DNA from: a virus
Virus record (IMG/VR): IMGVR_UViG_3300027908_000004
Direction: 5' to 3' (one strand)
Length of the DNA: 64,000 bases
The first letter of the stretch is position 1. The number at the start of each line of letters is the position of its first letter. Shown here one piece after another: positions 34,349-43,594 of the stretch. The notes below the pieces were generated by a model that was not told the DNA's origin, did no database searches, and was given only the letters and a program-made list of their open reading frames with translations. The position numbers and the translations under genes are program-made.

Positions 34349-34987
34349 ATGCGTGAGATTTGGAAAAAGATAACAGACTTGGATGCCCCCGACTATTATG
34401 AAGTCAGTAATCTAGGAAGGGTACGCTCACTGCCCTATGTCGACAAACGTGGTTGGCGACGGAAACTTTATAATTTTAGGTTCAAAAATGCAGAGATAGG
34501 ATTGACTCTGGAAAATGGGACAAAAAGAAGATTTCCAGTGGCGCAATTAGTTTTGCGTGCGTTTATTGGCCCTCCAAACGAGGGCCAATATCTGGCTCGT
34601 CACCTTGATGACAATCGACAAAACAACCACGTAGACAATCTTGCGTGGGGAAATGACGCAGACAACCGGGCAGATGCCATTAGGAATGGGAGATCGTTTA
34701 TAAGTTTGGGGCATCTAGGAAAAAGACACTCAGAGGAAACAAAACGAGTATTGCGAGAACAGAGGCTTGGAAAGCCAACAGGTCATAAAATGACCCCAGA
34801 ACATAGGGCAGCTATCTGGAACGGGTATAGGAAGAAATTTCCTGAGAAAACTCTCATGGCACAAAACTGTGCCTGTGGTTGTGGGCAAAGCACTAAACCT
34901 GGCCGATCTTTTATCCATGGCCACGCCGGGGGTGCCAGATTCGCCGCTCTTAACAAAAGTAGAATTGGAAAACCAAGGGCATGGTGA
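34349..34987 (+). CDS. HNH homing endonuclease
   Basis: NUMOD4-like WKKITDLDAPDYYEVSNLGRVRS. HNH_3-like HLDDNRQNNHVDNLAWGNDADN. C-terminal basic repeat region. Confidence 0.85.
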   Translation: MREIWKKITDLDAPDYYEVSNLGRVRSLPYVDKRGWRRKLYNFRFKNAEIGLTLENGTKRRFPVAQLVLRAFIGPPNEGQYLARHLDDNRQNNHVDNLAWGNDADNRADAIRNGRSFISLGHLGKRHSEETKRVLREQRLGKPTGHKMTPEHRAAIWNGYRKKFPEKTLMAQNCACGCGQSTKPGRSFIHGHAGGARFAALNKSRIGKPRAW

Positions 34988-35487
34988 ATTCCAAACAAAA
35001 GGGCGCTTCTTTTGAACGCGAAGTTTGTGTCGCACTATCCTTATGGCTCAGTGATGGGGCACAAGAGGACGTGTTTTGGCGATCGGCTATGAGTGGAGGC
35101 CGTTCTACCGTGGCCTTTAAACGGGGGAAGCGCCTAGCCACACAAGTTGGGGACATCACCTGCATCCATCCACTTGGCCAGAAATTGGTTGATGCCTTTG
35201 CGTTGGAATGCAAAGCATATTCCTCACTGGATTATCAGGGGTTGTTAACTGGAAAAGGCAACCTTCTTGCCTTTTGGGCAGAAATCACAGAACAAGCGCG
35301 ACGTTACGAAAAACAACCCATGCTGTTTGCTCGGCAAAATAGATTGCCGACTACTGTTTGCCTGACGCTTGATGGCCTAAATACCCTAGGTCTCGGTTTG
35401 CACAAAACCGTCCTTATCAGCAGGCCCCACGATATCTACATACTTCTTGCTGGTAAGTTCTTTTCCGAGTGCATCAAATTCGTATAA
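34981..35487 (+). CDS. PD-(D/E)XK nuclease, Holliday-junction-resolvase-like
   Basis: KGASFEREV near the N-terminus, and GDITCIHP...FALECK giving a D...E-x-K arrangement. Confidence 0.55.
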   Translation: MVNSKQKGASFEREVCVALSLWLSDGAQEDVFWRSAMSGGRSTVAFKRGKRLATQVGDITCIHPLGQKLVDAFALECKAYSSLDYQGLLTGKGNLLAFWAEITEQARRYEKQPMLFARQNRLPTTVCLTLDGLNTLGLGLHKTVLISRPHDIYILLAGKFFSECIKFV

Positions 35488-35493
35488 CAGAAC

Positions 35494-36501
35494 ATGTATC
35501 TTCTGGTAGGTGACACACATTTCACCGATAAGGCTTCCGAGTCTTACAGGTTTGATTTGTTCCCATGGATTAGGCAGCAACAGGCCAAAAAACCTGTTGC
35601 TGCTACCTATCTCCTTGGAGACATTACAGAGAATAAGGACCGGCATTCAGCGGCCCTAGTCAATCAAATTGTCAGTGGCCTGGTTTCGCTGCGTCCACCA
35701 GTCTACATTGTTCGCGGCAATCACGACTACCGCGCTGATCAAACCAGCCCCTTTTTTGACTTCCTGAACCACATAGACGGACTAACATTTGCAGTTGAAC
35801 CGATGTCAGTTTCAGGCGTTATGCTTATCCCGCACTATAGAACTCAGGAGGAATTTGATGATGCAATACGTCGCACTCGCCGTAATGATACCAACTGCCT
35901 TCTTTGTCATCAGACTTTTGAAGGCGCTATAGCCGAGTCAGGCATACGTTTATCTGGCCTACGGCCTTCACTGGTTGAGTCCATGAGGCTGCCCCTAGGG
36001 GTGTACGCTGGCGACGTACACCGCCCCCAGACCCAAGGTAAGGTCACCTATGTGGGTTGCCCCTATCAGGTGCGATTCGGCGATAATTTCGAGCCGCGCT
36101 GCCTGTGGCTCGCTGAGGACGGAAAAACCACTGACCTCTATTTTGATGCGCCGCGCAAATGGTCACTAACGGTCAGGGAAGCTGATGATATTCTCAGCAA
36201 CCAAGAACTGTTTGAAGGGGATCAAGTAAAACTAACCATTCAGTTGGGGCGTGAAGAAGCCGTTGACTGGAAAAAAATAAGGCAGGAAGTGCTTGCTGCC
36301 TGCAAGAGCCTTAAACTTGACGTGTTTGGTGTGACAGTGGAGGTAGCTTCGGCATCTGCTCATAAAAATAAAGGGACAGGGTTAAGCCGGAACCCTTGCG
36401 TTATCTTTGATCAATTTTGTAAGGTTGAAAATGTGGCGTCTAATATCAGAAAAATTGGTGAACGATTGCTTAGCGAAAATACAGAAGGACAGGGCGGCTA
36501 A
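35494..36501 (+). CDS. sbcD: SbcD/Mre11-type nuclease
   Basis: Metallophosphoesterase motifs VGDTHF, LGDITEN and VRGNHD. Sits next to a Rad50-like ATPase. Confidence 0.8.
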   Translation: MYLLVGDTHFTDKASESYRFDLFPWIRQQQAKKPVAATYLLGDITENKDRHSAALVNQIVSGLVSLRPPVYIVRGNHDYRADQTSPFFDFLNHIDGLTFAVEPMSVSGVMLIPHYRTQEEFDDAIRRTRRNDTNCLLCHQTFEGAIAESGIRLSGLRPSLVESMRLPLGVYAGDVHRPQTQGKVTYVGCPYQVRFGDNFEPRCLWLAEDGKTTDLYFDAPRKWSLTVREADDILSNQELFEGDQVKLTIQLGREEAVDWKKIRQEVLAACKSLKLDVFGVTVEVASASAHKNKGTGLSRNPCVIFDQFCKVENVASNIRKIGERLLSENTEGQGG

Positions 36502-36502
36502 C

Positions 36503-36811
36503 ATGGCAACTAGAATATTCTGTGACCACTGCGGCAACACCATCCGTGACCCCATTGTATTCTGTTTTGGCCCCCACAAGGCTGTCCAAGATCAAATTGA
36601 CGTTTATCGCCAGATGCATGTTCAGCATCAGTATGCACAACAAGGTATTGCCTGGACTACAGCGAGTGTGACGACGACCTCTGGGTATGTCCCAACCCCA
36701 CCTCCGCCGCAGGCCACGATTTCATCTCTGGAAAAAATTGACTTATGCCAGCACTGCGTCTCGACTTGGATGTCCCGTGTACGCAATTTGACAAAAGAGT
36801 CAGATGCTTGA
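36503..36811 (+). CDS. hypothetical protein with CxxC pairs (102 aa)
   Basis: Same frame as track ORF 36407..36811, starting at ATG 36503 (MATRIFCDHCGN...CQHC). Confidence 0.5.
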   Translation: MATRIFCDHCGNTIRDPIVFCFGPHKAVQDQIDVYRQMHVQHQYAQQGIAWTTASVTTTSGYVPTPPPPQATISSLEKIDLCQHCVSTWMSRVRNLTKESDA

Positions 36812-38582
36812 CCTGCATGAAATTTCCTTAAACAATTTCAGGTCCTATAAAGGCAAGCACCACTTCAAGTTCCCTACTGAGAACGGCCTATATTTTCTCA
36901 CTGGCCTCAACGAGGTTGAGCCTTCACTCGGCTCAAACGGTGCCGGTAAGTCCACCTTGCTGGATGCCATTACCTGGATTCTGTATGGGCGAACGACACG
37001 GGGGCTTAAAGCCAACGAGGTAGTGTCCTGGGGCGCTACTAGCTGCCACGCTGAGCTAGATTTGACCATACGTGAGCGCTTTACGGTCAAACGTACCCAG
37101 AAACCTAACGGCATCTTCCTAGACGGCACTCCTATCAGCCCAGAAGACTTGCAAGCCAAGCTTGGCCTCACTTTTGAAGCCTTTGTCTCGTCCGTGATCA
37201 ACCCTCAATTTGGGCTATCGTTTTTTGCCCGCCCACCTGCGGCTAAACTGACGCTGTTCTCTGAGATCATGAACTTAGATTATTGGCTTGCCAAGAGCGA
37301 CACAGCACACATAGCTGAAGTGGCCTTAGTGGCCGAACTTTCAAGCGTAGAGCGGGCCATTTCCAAACAGCAGAACTTGCTGGATGCGGTTAACGGTGAC
37401 TTGGCTTGGCTGAAACAAGTTAAGGATAAGTTTGAAGCCGATAAACGCGCGGAGCTTGCGGCCCTAGCAGGGGAAATTACTGACCTGGAAAAAAGTACCC
37501 CGCTAGAGAATCTACCCAAGATATCTGAAGGCCTTAAAATAAGGATAGAGAAGGCAGAAGTGGCTCGAGACAAGGTACTCCACGAACTAATGGCGCTGGC
37601 TAAGGATAAGTCAAAAGCCGAGGGGGGGATTGAAGTCGTAAAGCAGCAATTGGATGACCTGGGCACTCTTAAAGGCAAGTGCCCCACTTGTTACCAAAAA
37701 ATTGACACAGATGTTGTCGGGCATGAATCGGACCAGCGCCACCGGCAGCATCAATCGCTTAAAGCTTTAATTAGGGAGTGCGGGGAAGCCCTTGAAAGGG
37801 CAAAACGAAATTTGGTCAAGGCTAACCTCTACATTGACCGGCTGTTGAGTGACCTAGAGGCTTGTTTGGACAAAGAATCTGAATTGGTGGTGACCAAGAC
37901 CGAGATAAAGCGATTAAAAGAAAAGCACGTTGAACTAAAAGAACAAGAAAATCCGCACACAGACCTTTACGCCAGGAAGCAAATTCAACGCGGGGCGCTG
38001 CTAATAGACCTCAACCAATTTGACGTTGCCAAGCGCCAGCTAGAAGCTGACCAAGCCGCCACCTCGTTTTGGGTGAAGGGTTTTAAACAGATCCGTTTAT
38101 TCATCATTGAGCAGGCCTTTGCTACGCTAGAGTTGGAAGTTAACAACTGCCTAGCCCAGTTGGGTATGCCAGAGTGGCAGGTATCATTTGATGTAGAGCG
38201 GGAAAACAAGGCTGGTGGGGTCACCAAGGGCTTTATTGTGCTAATTCAGCACGCCACTTGCCTTGATCCGGTTAGGTGGGAGAACTGGTCCGGTGGGGAA
38301 TCGCAAAGACTACAGTTAGCTGGAGACCTGGGTTTATCCAACTTAATCATGCACCAAGCAGGCCTTAGTAATGCCGTGGAGTTTTATGATGAAGCTTCGA
38401 CACATCTATCACCGGAGGGAATGCTTGACCTAGCCAATACACTACACCAACGGGCAATTTCCGAAAATAAAAAGATATGGATAGTGGATCACAGCTCCAT
38501 AGCTAATTTCGGGGATTTTAAGGGCATAATCACAGCCAGAAAGACCGAAAATGGATCAGATCTCACCTACGAATCCTGCTGA
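36804..38582 (+). CDS. sbcC: SbcC/Rad50-type ATPase
   Basis: Walker A GSNGAGKST. Long coiled coil with a CPTC zinc hook. Signature SGGESQR. Walker B VEFYDEAS. Confidence 0.85.
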   Translation: MLDLHEISLNNFRSYKGKHHFKFPTENGLYFLTGLNEVEPSLGSNGAGKSTLLDAITWILYGRTTRGLKANEVVSWGATSCHAELDLTIRERFTVKRTQKPNGIFLDGTPISPEDLQAKLGLTFEAFVSSVINPQFGLSFFARPPAAKLTLFSEIMNLDYWLAKSDTAHIAEVALVAELSSVERAISKQQNLLDAVNGDLAWLKQVKDKFEADKRAELAALAGEITDLEKSTPLENLPKISEGLKIRIEKAEVARDKVLHELMALAKDKSKAEGGIEVVKQQLDDLGTLKGKCPTCYQKIDTDVVGHESDQRHRQHQSLKALIRECGEALERAKRNLVKANLYIDRLLSDLEACLDKESELVVTKTEIKRLKEKHVELKEQENPHTDLYARKQIQRGALLIDLNQFDVAKRQLEADQAATSFWVKGFKQIRLFIIEQAFATLELEVNNCLAQLGMPEWQVSFDVERENKAGGVTKGFIVLIQHATCLDPVRWENWSGGESQRLQLAGDLGLSNLIMHQAGLSNAVEFYDEASTHLSPEGMLDLANTLHQRAISENKKIWIVDHSSIANFGDFKGIITARKTENGSDLTYESC

Positions 38583-38601
38583 AGTACGGCCCGCTGACCA
38601 G

Positions 38602-39063
38602 ATGCCCCAAGAAAAGGTGGATCTCCTTGTTGAACTTTTTCAAAAGGGGTATAGCTACGGGCACATAGCCAAGGAAATTGGCAAAACACGAAATGCGGTA
38701 GCAGGACAAGTTTTCAAACTCCGTAAACGGGGGGTGATTTTGGAAAACAGGCCGCCAGCTATTATCAGGGTAAAGAAAGCTAAGGAAAGGGCCGCACCCA
38801 AAACTAGGGTAAGGCTAACCCCCACTACTGTCCCCGAGCAACCAGAACCAAAGAGAGTACGTTTACAATTGATTGAGAGCCCCACAGCAGTGACGTTTGG
38901 GGAACTAGCCCCGCATCACTGCAAGTTCCCTATTGGTGACCCACGCCGTTCAGACTTCAGGTTTTGCGGTGGGCAGAGGCTTGCCAATAAGCCGTATTGT
39001 GCCGAACACGTAAAACTGACTGAGCAGCCTACGCTAGTCAGACTTCGCGCCTCTAGGTATTGA
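38602..39063 (+). CDS. gcrA: GcrA-like cell-cycle regulator
   Basis: N-terminal KVDLLVELFQKGYSYGHIAKEIGKTRNAVAGQVFKLR and C-terminal HHCKFPIGDPRRSDFRFCGGQRLANKPYCAEH match the two conserved GcrA blocks. Start set at ATG 38602, after the sbcC stop. Confidence 0.8.
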   Translation: MPQEKVDLLVELFQKGYSYGHIAKEIGKTRNAVAGQVFKLRKRGVILENRPPAIIRVKKAKERAAPKTRVRLTPTTVPEQPEPKRVRLQLIESPTAVTFGELAPHHCKFPIGDPRRSDFRFCGGQRLANKPYCAEHVKLTEQPTLVRLRASRY

Positions 39064-39783
39064 GTAACCCTCTTCAGCCTCAAGTTCCTCTTGAAGTAAG
39101 GCCAACGCCCTCCAAGCTAATTGGGCGGTATGCCGGTTGCCGTCAATGTCCCTGAAACCGTGCTCGGTCAGGTGCCTGATACAACAATCCGCATGGTCCA
39201 TAGATTTACCGCGAGCCCAGTGGGTTGGCTGCCCCGGATTGTGTTTTTGGTTGCCCAGATACGATATATGTGCCACCTCGGCCAAAGCGTCGGGGAAATA
39301 GTCAAGTAACCCGGTGCACATGGGGAACTGCTTCCTGTCTGCACTGCCTGTTGGCAAGTGGCGTTTGACTGGGAGTGTTGGCCCAGGCATCTTTTTTACG
39401 GATGGGGCCGGTGTTATGCGCGGCACGTTCAAACGAAGCCAATCAACCAGGGATGGAAACACGGTAACCTTGGGGTGGTCATGAAAGACGTTTTCACGGT
39501 CACCAATTAGAACTACTTGCTTCCCTTTGGCCAAGGCATAACCAAACTCAACATGCCTCCCGCCCCCCTTAGTGGCTGTCCCATTTGGGTGGGTAAAGGA
39601 GAGAACAATGTCGGCCCTATCCACGTCCTCAAGATCAAGCAGGGCTATCTGCTCACGGGTTAGGCCTTCTTCACCACCATAAACCCAGCGGGCAGTAACC
39701 TCATGACCATAATCCTTGATTAGGTCAGCGTGTTGTTCCATTTCAGCACGACGAGAGAAAAGCGCGGCCAAGTAAACCTTCAT
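39034..39783 (-). CDS. fusion: nucleoside 2-deoxyribosyltransferase-like domain plus DUF5664-like (dNTP pyrophosphohydrolase-associated) domain
   Basis: N-terminal half: KVYLAALF...GGGRHVEFGYALAKGKQVVLIG, resembling the NDT-fold motif D-x-GT-x-x-E-x-G-x-A-x-x-x-GK. C-terminal half: LLDYFPDALAEVAHISYLGNQKH...HADCCIRHL...HTAQLAWRALALLQ. ATG 39783 overlaps the GNAT stop. Confidence 0.55.
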   Translation of the reverse strand: MKVYLAALFSRRAEMEQHADLIKDYGHEVTARWVYGGEEGLTREQIALLDLEDVDRADIVLSFTHPNGTATKGGGRHVEFGYALAKGKQVVLIGDRENVFHDHPKVTVFPSLVDWLRLNVPRITPAPSVKKMPGPTLPVKRHLPTGSADRKQFPMCTGLLDYFPDALAEVAHISYLGNQKHNPGQPTHWARGKSMDHADCCIRHLTEHGFRDIDGNRHTAQLAWRALALLQEELEAEEGYSIPRGAKSD

Positions 39784-40235
39784 CACATTCCCTTTAATGT
39801 AAGTGTGCCCAACCACAAAGACATTAGCTTCCAGCTTCCATAACTTTTGGCAATTTCAAATCCAAACTTACTGAAATAGGCTGGCGATTGGGTCATCAAA
39901 TGAACAACGCTGCCGTTGCAGCGCTTTATTTCGTTAAGACGGTACTCCATCAATTTCTTACCAATACCCTCCCTCTGAAACTCCTTCTTTACGTTTGACC
40001 AGATTAAATCCCACACACCATCCATCAAAAAAGATGCCATCATCCCCGCAAAGGCAACCACTTCACCGTGTTCGTTGTCAGCCACGTAATAGGAAGGGGG
40101 CATTTCCATATCCATAGCCCACGCATGGGTTACCTCAGTTAGGAATCGTTTCCCAACTTCCTTGTTCCAATTCTCACAGACAATACGGTGGCAGGAATCA
40201 ACGTCCGATGGACGGATATTACGGATTTCAATCAT
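39783..40235 (-). CDS. GNAT-family N-acetyltransferase
   Basis: Acetyl-CoA motif FQREGIGKKLMEY. 150 aa. Confidence 0.75.
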   Translation of the reverse strand: MIEIRNIRPSDVDSCHRIVCENWNKEVGKRFLTEVTHAWAMDMEMPPSYYVADNEHGEVVAFAGMMASFLMDGVWDLIWSNVKKEFQREGIGKKLMEYRLNEIKRCNGSVVHLMTQSPAYFSKFGFEIAKSYGSWKLMSLWLGTLTLKGM

Positions 40236-40243
40236 GTTACGCT

Positions 40244-40474
40244 CTAGGTTTCTTTGGTGAATTTGAAAGGCCTTCTGGCAGCAGCCGTAGCCCTATTATC
40301 TACCGTAGCTTTGAATTGAAGGGTGTTATTCTCAATCACCCTATAGTCCGTTTTGTGTATTAATCCACATCCGCAGCACTGTTCCTTGAAACCGCGCCAT
40401 GGGATTGAGACCCACTCCCCATCAATTACTTGGTAGTAGCCCTTTTGGGGTGTTTTCTTTTTGGAGGCGGTCAT
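40244..40474 (-). CDS. hypothetical protein (76 aa)
   Basis: ORF track entry. ATGA coupling to the upstream gene. Contains CCGCG. Confidence 0.5.
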   Translation of the reverse strand: MTASKKKTPQKGYYQVIDGEWVSIPWRGFKEQCCGCGLIHKTDYRVIENNTLQFKATVDNRATAAARRPFKFTKET

Positions 40475-41424
40475 ACTTTCAAAATCTCACCGCGAAATTG
40501 TACTGAATTCTTATCCCAGACGGACACTAACTCTGGGTACATTAGCCGCCCATTGTGAAATTTCAACACAACAAAGCCTGATATCCAATTCTTGGGGTTG
40601 TCCTCAGTATAGCCCACAAATGCCGCATGGTTGGGGTTTGCTACGCAGCCGGTATCTATGCCGTACCTAGTTCCATTGTAGTCAGTGAGTGGTGTAACGC
40701 GCTGGGAGTGCAAGTGGCCCGTCACCATGGTCTTGCCTGCCCACAAGGTATTGTTGTGGGTAGCATGTATACCTCCCTTGAATCGGTGCTTGACTACGAC
40801 GTCATCATTTATCCAGCAAGACCAAGCCTTTTGCCAAAGACCAAAATGATCAGCTAGATGGACACCGTGGACCCCCCTCATTTGGGGTGCATTCTTGGCT
40901 ATAAAGGTTTCAAATCGAGCATCATGATTGCCGAGGGGCCATATCTTGTGTGCCCGCCCACATGCCTTGGCAATGTCATTGAGATGGTCTTGGGCCGCTT
41001 CTAGCTCATCAACGGGGAAGGGTGTGTTTTCCCACATGATGGATGGATGACGTGATATTTGCGGAAAATCCAGTACGTCACCATTTAGAATAACTGCGGC
41101 TGGTTTTAGATCTTTGCAGAGTTTCTTGAAGGCCCGTAATGCAGTGGATTCAGTTCCTGGCCATATATGAAAATCAGAACCTACGATAACGACGCCGTTA
41201 GTTATTTTTAGTTCTGCTCTGTGTGGGTACTCGATGGCATCTTGTTGATTAGTTGGGGCTACAATTGGCGGTGAATGTTTTTCCAGGTTTTTTTTACGCT
41301 TGAATACCGCACTGATTGTGCATCGAAGTATCCTAGCAGCCTCCTGCCCACCATATGTTTCATATAACGCCCTGAACTCTTCATCTGAACAACGCTTTGT
41401 ATTAAATCCAATTTTCTGAGCCAT
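40471..41424 (-). CDS. calcineurin-like metallophosphoesterase with N-terminal HTH-like segment
   Basis: Motifs GSDFHIWPG, LNGDVLDF, LGNHDARF and TGHLHSQ. Confidence 0.75.
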   Translation of the reverse strand: MAQKIGFNTKRCSDEEFRALYETYGGQEAARILRCTISAVFKRKKNLEKHSPPIVAPTNQQDAIEYPHRAELKITNGVVIVGSDFHIWPGTESTALRAFKKLCKDLKPAAVILNGDVLDFPQISRHPSIMWENTPFPVDELEAAQDHLNDIAKACGRAHKIWPLGNHDARFETFIAKNAPQMRGVHGVHLADHFGLWQKAWSCWINDDVVVKHRFKGGIHATHNNTLWAGKTMVTGHLHSQRVTPLTDYNGTRYGIDTGCVANPNHAAFVGYTEDNPKNWISGFVVLKFHNGRLMYPELVSVWDKNSVQFRGEILKV

Positions 41425-41518
41425 TAGTATCCTGCTTCCAGCATGTGTGTTGGAACTTACAGAACTAAGCTAGCCCTATAGCATACTTTTAGACTGAAAA
41501 GGTTAAGGCTGCTGCTAA

Positions 41519-41929
41519 TTATGCAAGTGGACCCGGAAAGAAGCACCGCACGGTAGCCCCAATGGTTCCATAAGTGGGCCAAACCAGCGTGGTTCCGTCT
41601 TTGTTTTGACCCTCTATTACTGCGTCGTCGGGTACGTTAACCCAAATGGTTTCTACCTCTTTGCCTTCAATCAGGGCACGGTAATAACTTTCGGCATCCT
41701 TTGGTATTTTTACCTTGAAATGACTGGTTGGGTAGTTCTGGGTTGCCCAATCAACATCACTCAGATGCAGCGCCTCTGATCCGTCACAGCACCACTGACC
41801 CCCTTTACTATGGAGGTCGTGAAACCATTGATTTAGTTCGGGGTGCAGATGATCATGGGCTAAAACATTTGCTGACACCATTACCATCAGCAAGGTTAGT
41901 GAGACGAGTTCCCGAACCATTTTCTGCAT
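41519..41929 (-). CDS. secreted protein (signal peptide), Cys/His-containing
   Basis: MQKMVRELVSLTLLMVMVSANVLA is followed by HDHLHPE...WCCDGSE. Start trimmed to ATG 41929. Confidence 0.5.
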   Translation of the reverse strand: MQKMVRELVSLTLLMVMVSANVLAHDHLHPELNQWFHDLHSKGGQWCCDGSEALHLSDVDWATQNYPTSHFKVKIPKDAESYYRALIEGKEVETIWVNVPDDAVIEGQNKDGTTLVWPTYGTIGATVRCFFPGPLA

Positions 41930-42114
41930 CTGGTACTCACTCTTTTGAATGTGTCGGTTTCGTAAATTTGCACTGCGTACCAAAGTATGGCCAAAAACGA
42001 CCCTACAATCGATAGGGCGGTTGGTAACCAGCCCAAGAAAGAGCTGATAATTGTCGCAGCGCCCAAAGCATCAAATGTAGCCTTGGTTACGGGATGGTTA
42101 ACGGGGTCGGCCAT
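41896..42114 (-). CDS. 72-aa two-TM membrane protein (holin-like)
   Basis: Hydrophobic segments GAATIISSFLGWL and ALSIVGSFLAILWYAVQI. Located in the lysis region. Confidence 0.45.
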   Translation of the reverse strand: MADPVNHPVTKATFDALGAATIISSFLGWLPTALSIVGSFLAILWYAVQIYETDTFKRVSTRCRKWFGNSSH

Positions 42115-42136
42115 TTTGCTACGCCCCTTTTAAGTA

Positions 42137-42748
42137 TTATGGAAGAGTCAACGCCGGGAGTGCCGGAAGGATAGTTGTAGCGGGTAACAACCCAGCGACA
42201 CCGCCTGTGGCAACGGTAATACCAACCGCCCCCATCAGCTTCACAAATATCTGGATTTCATCACCGAGAAGAGCGGCACAACCAACCTTTAGATAAGAAG
42301 GCAGCCCAGCCTGAATTTGACTGATGAAATCCCGCTTTTGCTGAAAGAGTTGAACCCCAATTAGGGTTCCAGTCAGGGGCTTTGCAGTGGGCAAAGTTTG
42401 TAGGAACTGAATGGCCGCAGGGTAACAAGCGTGAGAGATTGGATCCTTGACCACTGCGGGGGCCGTGGCAGTAGCAGGCGTGATGACTGTACCTGCATCC
42501 GCATCAGCGGCAGTAATATCCGCAACAACATCCGTTACTGTCTTTGCCTGAATGGCTTCCAACTTCGCCATGAACTGATCGATAGTAGTCACAATGTTGG
42601 GGTTGGATGCTACGGGGGCACCCGTGGCCTTGGCGGCTATTTTCGCATTAAAGGCTTTCAATTTAGCAGCGGCATCAGCAACCGGGTCGGCTTGGGCAGT
42701 TCCGGTAAGCAGAATCAATGCCGAGGCTACAATGAGTAATTTCTTCAC
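42137..42748 (-). CDS. secreted protein (203 aa)
   Basis: GTG 42748 is preceded by AAGGAGA. Signal peptide VKKLLIVASALILLTGTAQA. GTGA overlap with the upstream stop. Confidence 0.55.
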   Translation of the reverse strand: MKKLLIVASALILLTGTAQADPVADAAAKLKAFNAKIAAKATGAPVASNPNIVTTIDQFMAKLEAIQAKTVTDVVADITAADADAGTVITPATATAPAVVKDPISHACYPAAIQFLQTLPTAKPLTGTLIGVQLFQQKRDFISQIQAGLPSYLKVGCAALLGDEIQIFVKLMGAVGITVATGGVAGLLPATTILPALPALTLP

Positions 42749-42945
42749 TTTGTATCTCCTTCTGGTACCTTTTTCATATTCCAATGATCATAAACGCCGT
42801 AACCAAAGACAAGTAGGTCAGCAAGATCGGTGGCGACCGCTGAGATGGACGTAGCGCCCAAATTTTGATGCAGCGCGGCAGCAAGCGCCGAAAGTCCGAC
42901 TATCAGGGCCTTGATAATGACTGCCTTGATTTCATCATTATTCAC
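42745..42945 (-). CDS. 66-aa membrane protein (holin-like)
   Basis: Hydrophobic segments AVIIKALIVGLSALAAAL and LADLLVFGYGVY. Confidence 0.5.
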   Translation of the reverse strand: MNNDEIKAVIIKALIVGLSALAAALHQNLGATSISAVATDLADLLVFGYGVYDHWNMKKVPEGDTK

Positions 42946-43594
42946 TAGAATTACTCCTTGCTACTGATGTCTGATACAACTCAATGTGGTGATAAGCGAA
43001 TAAACTGCACTTATCTATAAAATTAGCCGTTAGTTTTACCGGAACCGACGTTAATTCAGTTGGATGCACAAAATTGAACGGAGGAAGAAGTTTCAGTGGC
43101 ACGTCTGTAACATAATCATGTCGTACCAATCCAATATTACGATAGCTGACTGCGGGGATTTCTGCAATTAACTTTGCAAAATCGGCCATCCCAGGCCGTG
43201 GTTCGCCAAATACCACCCTTCGGGCGGGCAAAACACCGTCTAAGGCCATCAGACCACACAGAATGTCAGCGCGGGCTGCCCCAAGGCTGTGGCCAGTTAC
43301 GATAACTGGTTGGGTCAGTTTTGGTTTCAATTCCGCCCATGCTTTTGGCATATCGGCATGGAAACCAGAATGTACAGTACCAACTGTGGTCTTTATTGGA
43401 TCAGCCCTGAAATCTACAACCCAATCATGGAAAACAATAGACCCCCTAAAAACAACCACGTCACAACCGTCAAGCTTCTTGATGGCTACACAAATTTCAT
43501 CGTCAAAACCTGGATCAAAATAGTCCCATTGGCCCCCATCGTGATAAATGGCCGCTGCCAAATTGACCAACTCAGCATCAGTCGGGAGAGTCAT
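42938..43594 (-). CDS. class-3 lipase-like alpha/beta hydrolase
   Basis: Nucleophile elbow VTGHSLGAA, preceded by VVFRGS...DW and VHSGF. This is the typical Lipase_3 motif order. Confidence 0.7.
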   Translation of the reverse strand: MTLPTDAELVNLAAAIYHDGGQWDYFDPGFDDEICVAIKKLDGCDVVVFRGSIVFHDWVVDFRADPIKTTVGTVHSGFHADMPKAWAELKPKLTQPVIVTGHSLGAARADILCGLMALDGVLPARRVVFGEPRPGMADFAKLIAEIPAVSYRNIGLVRHDYVTDVPLKLLPPFNFVHPTELTSVPVKLTANFIDKCSLFAYHHIELYQTSVARSNSSE

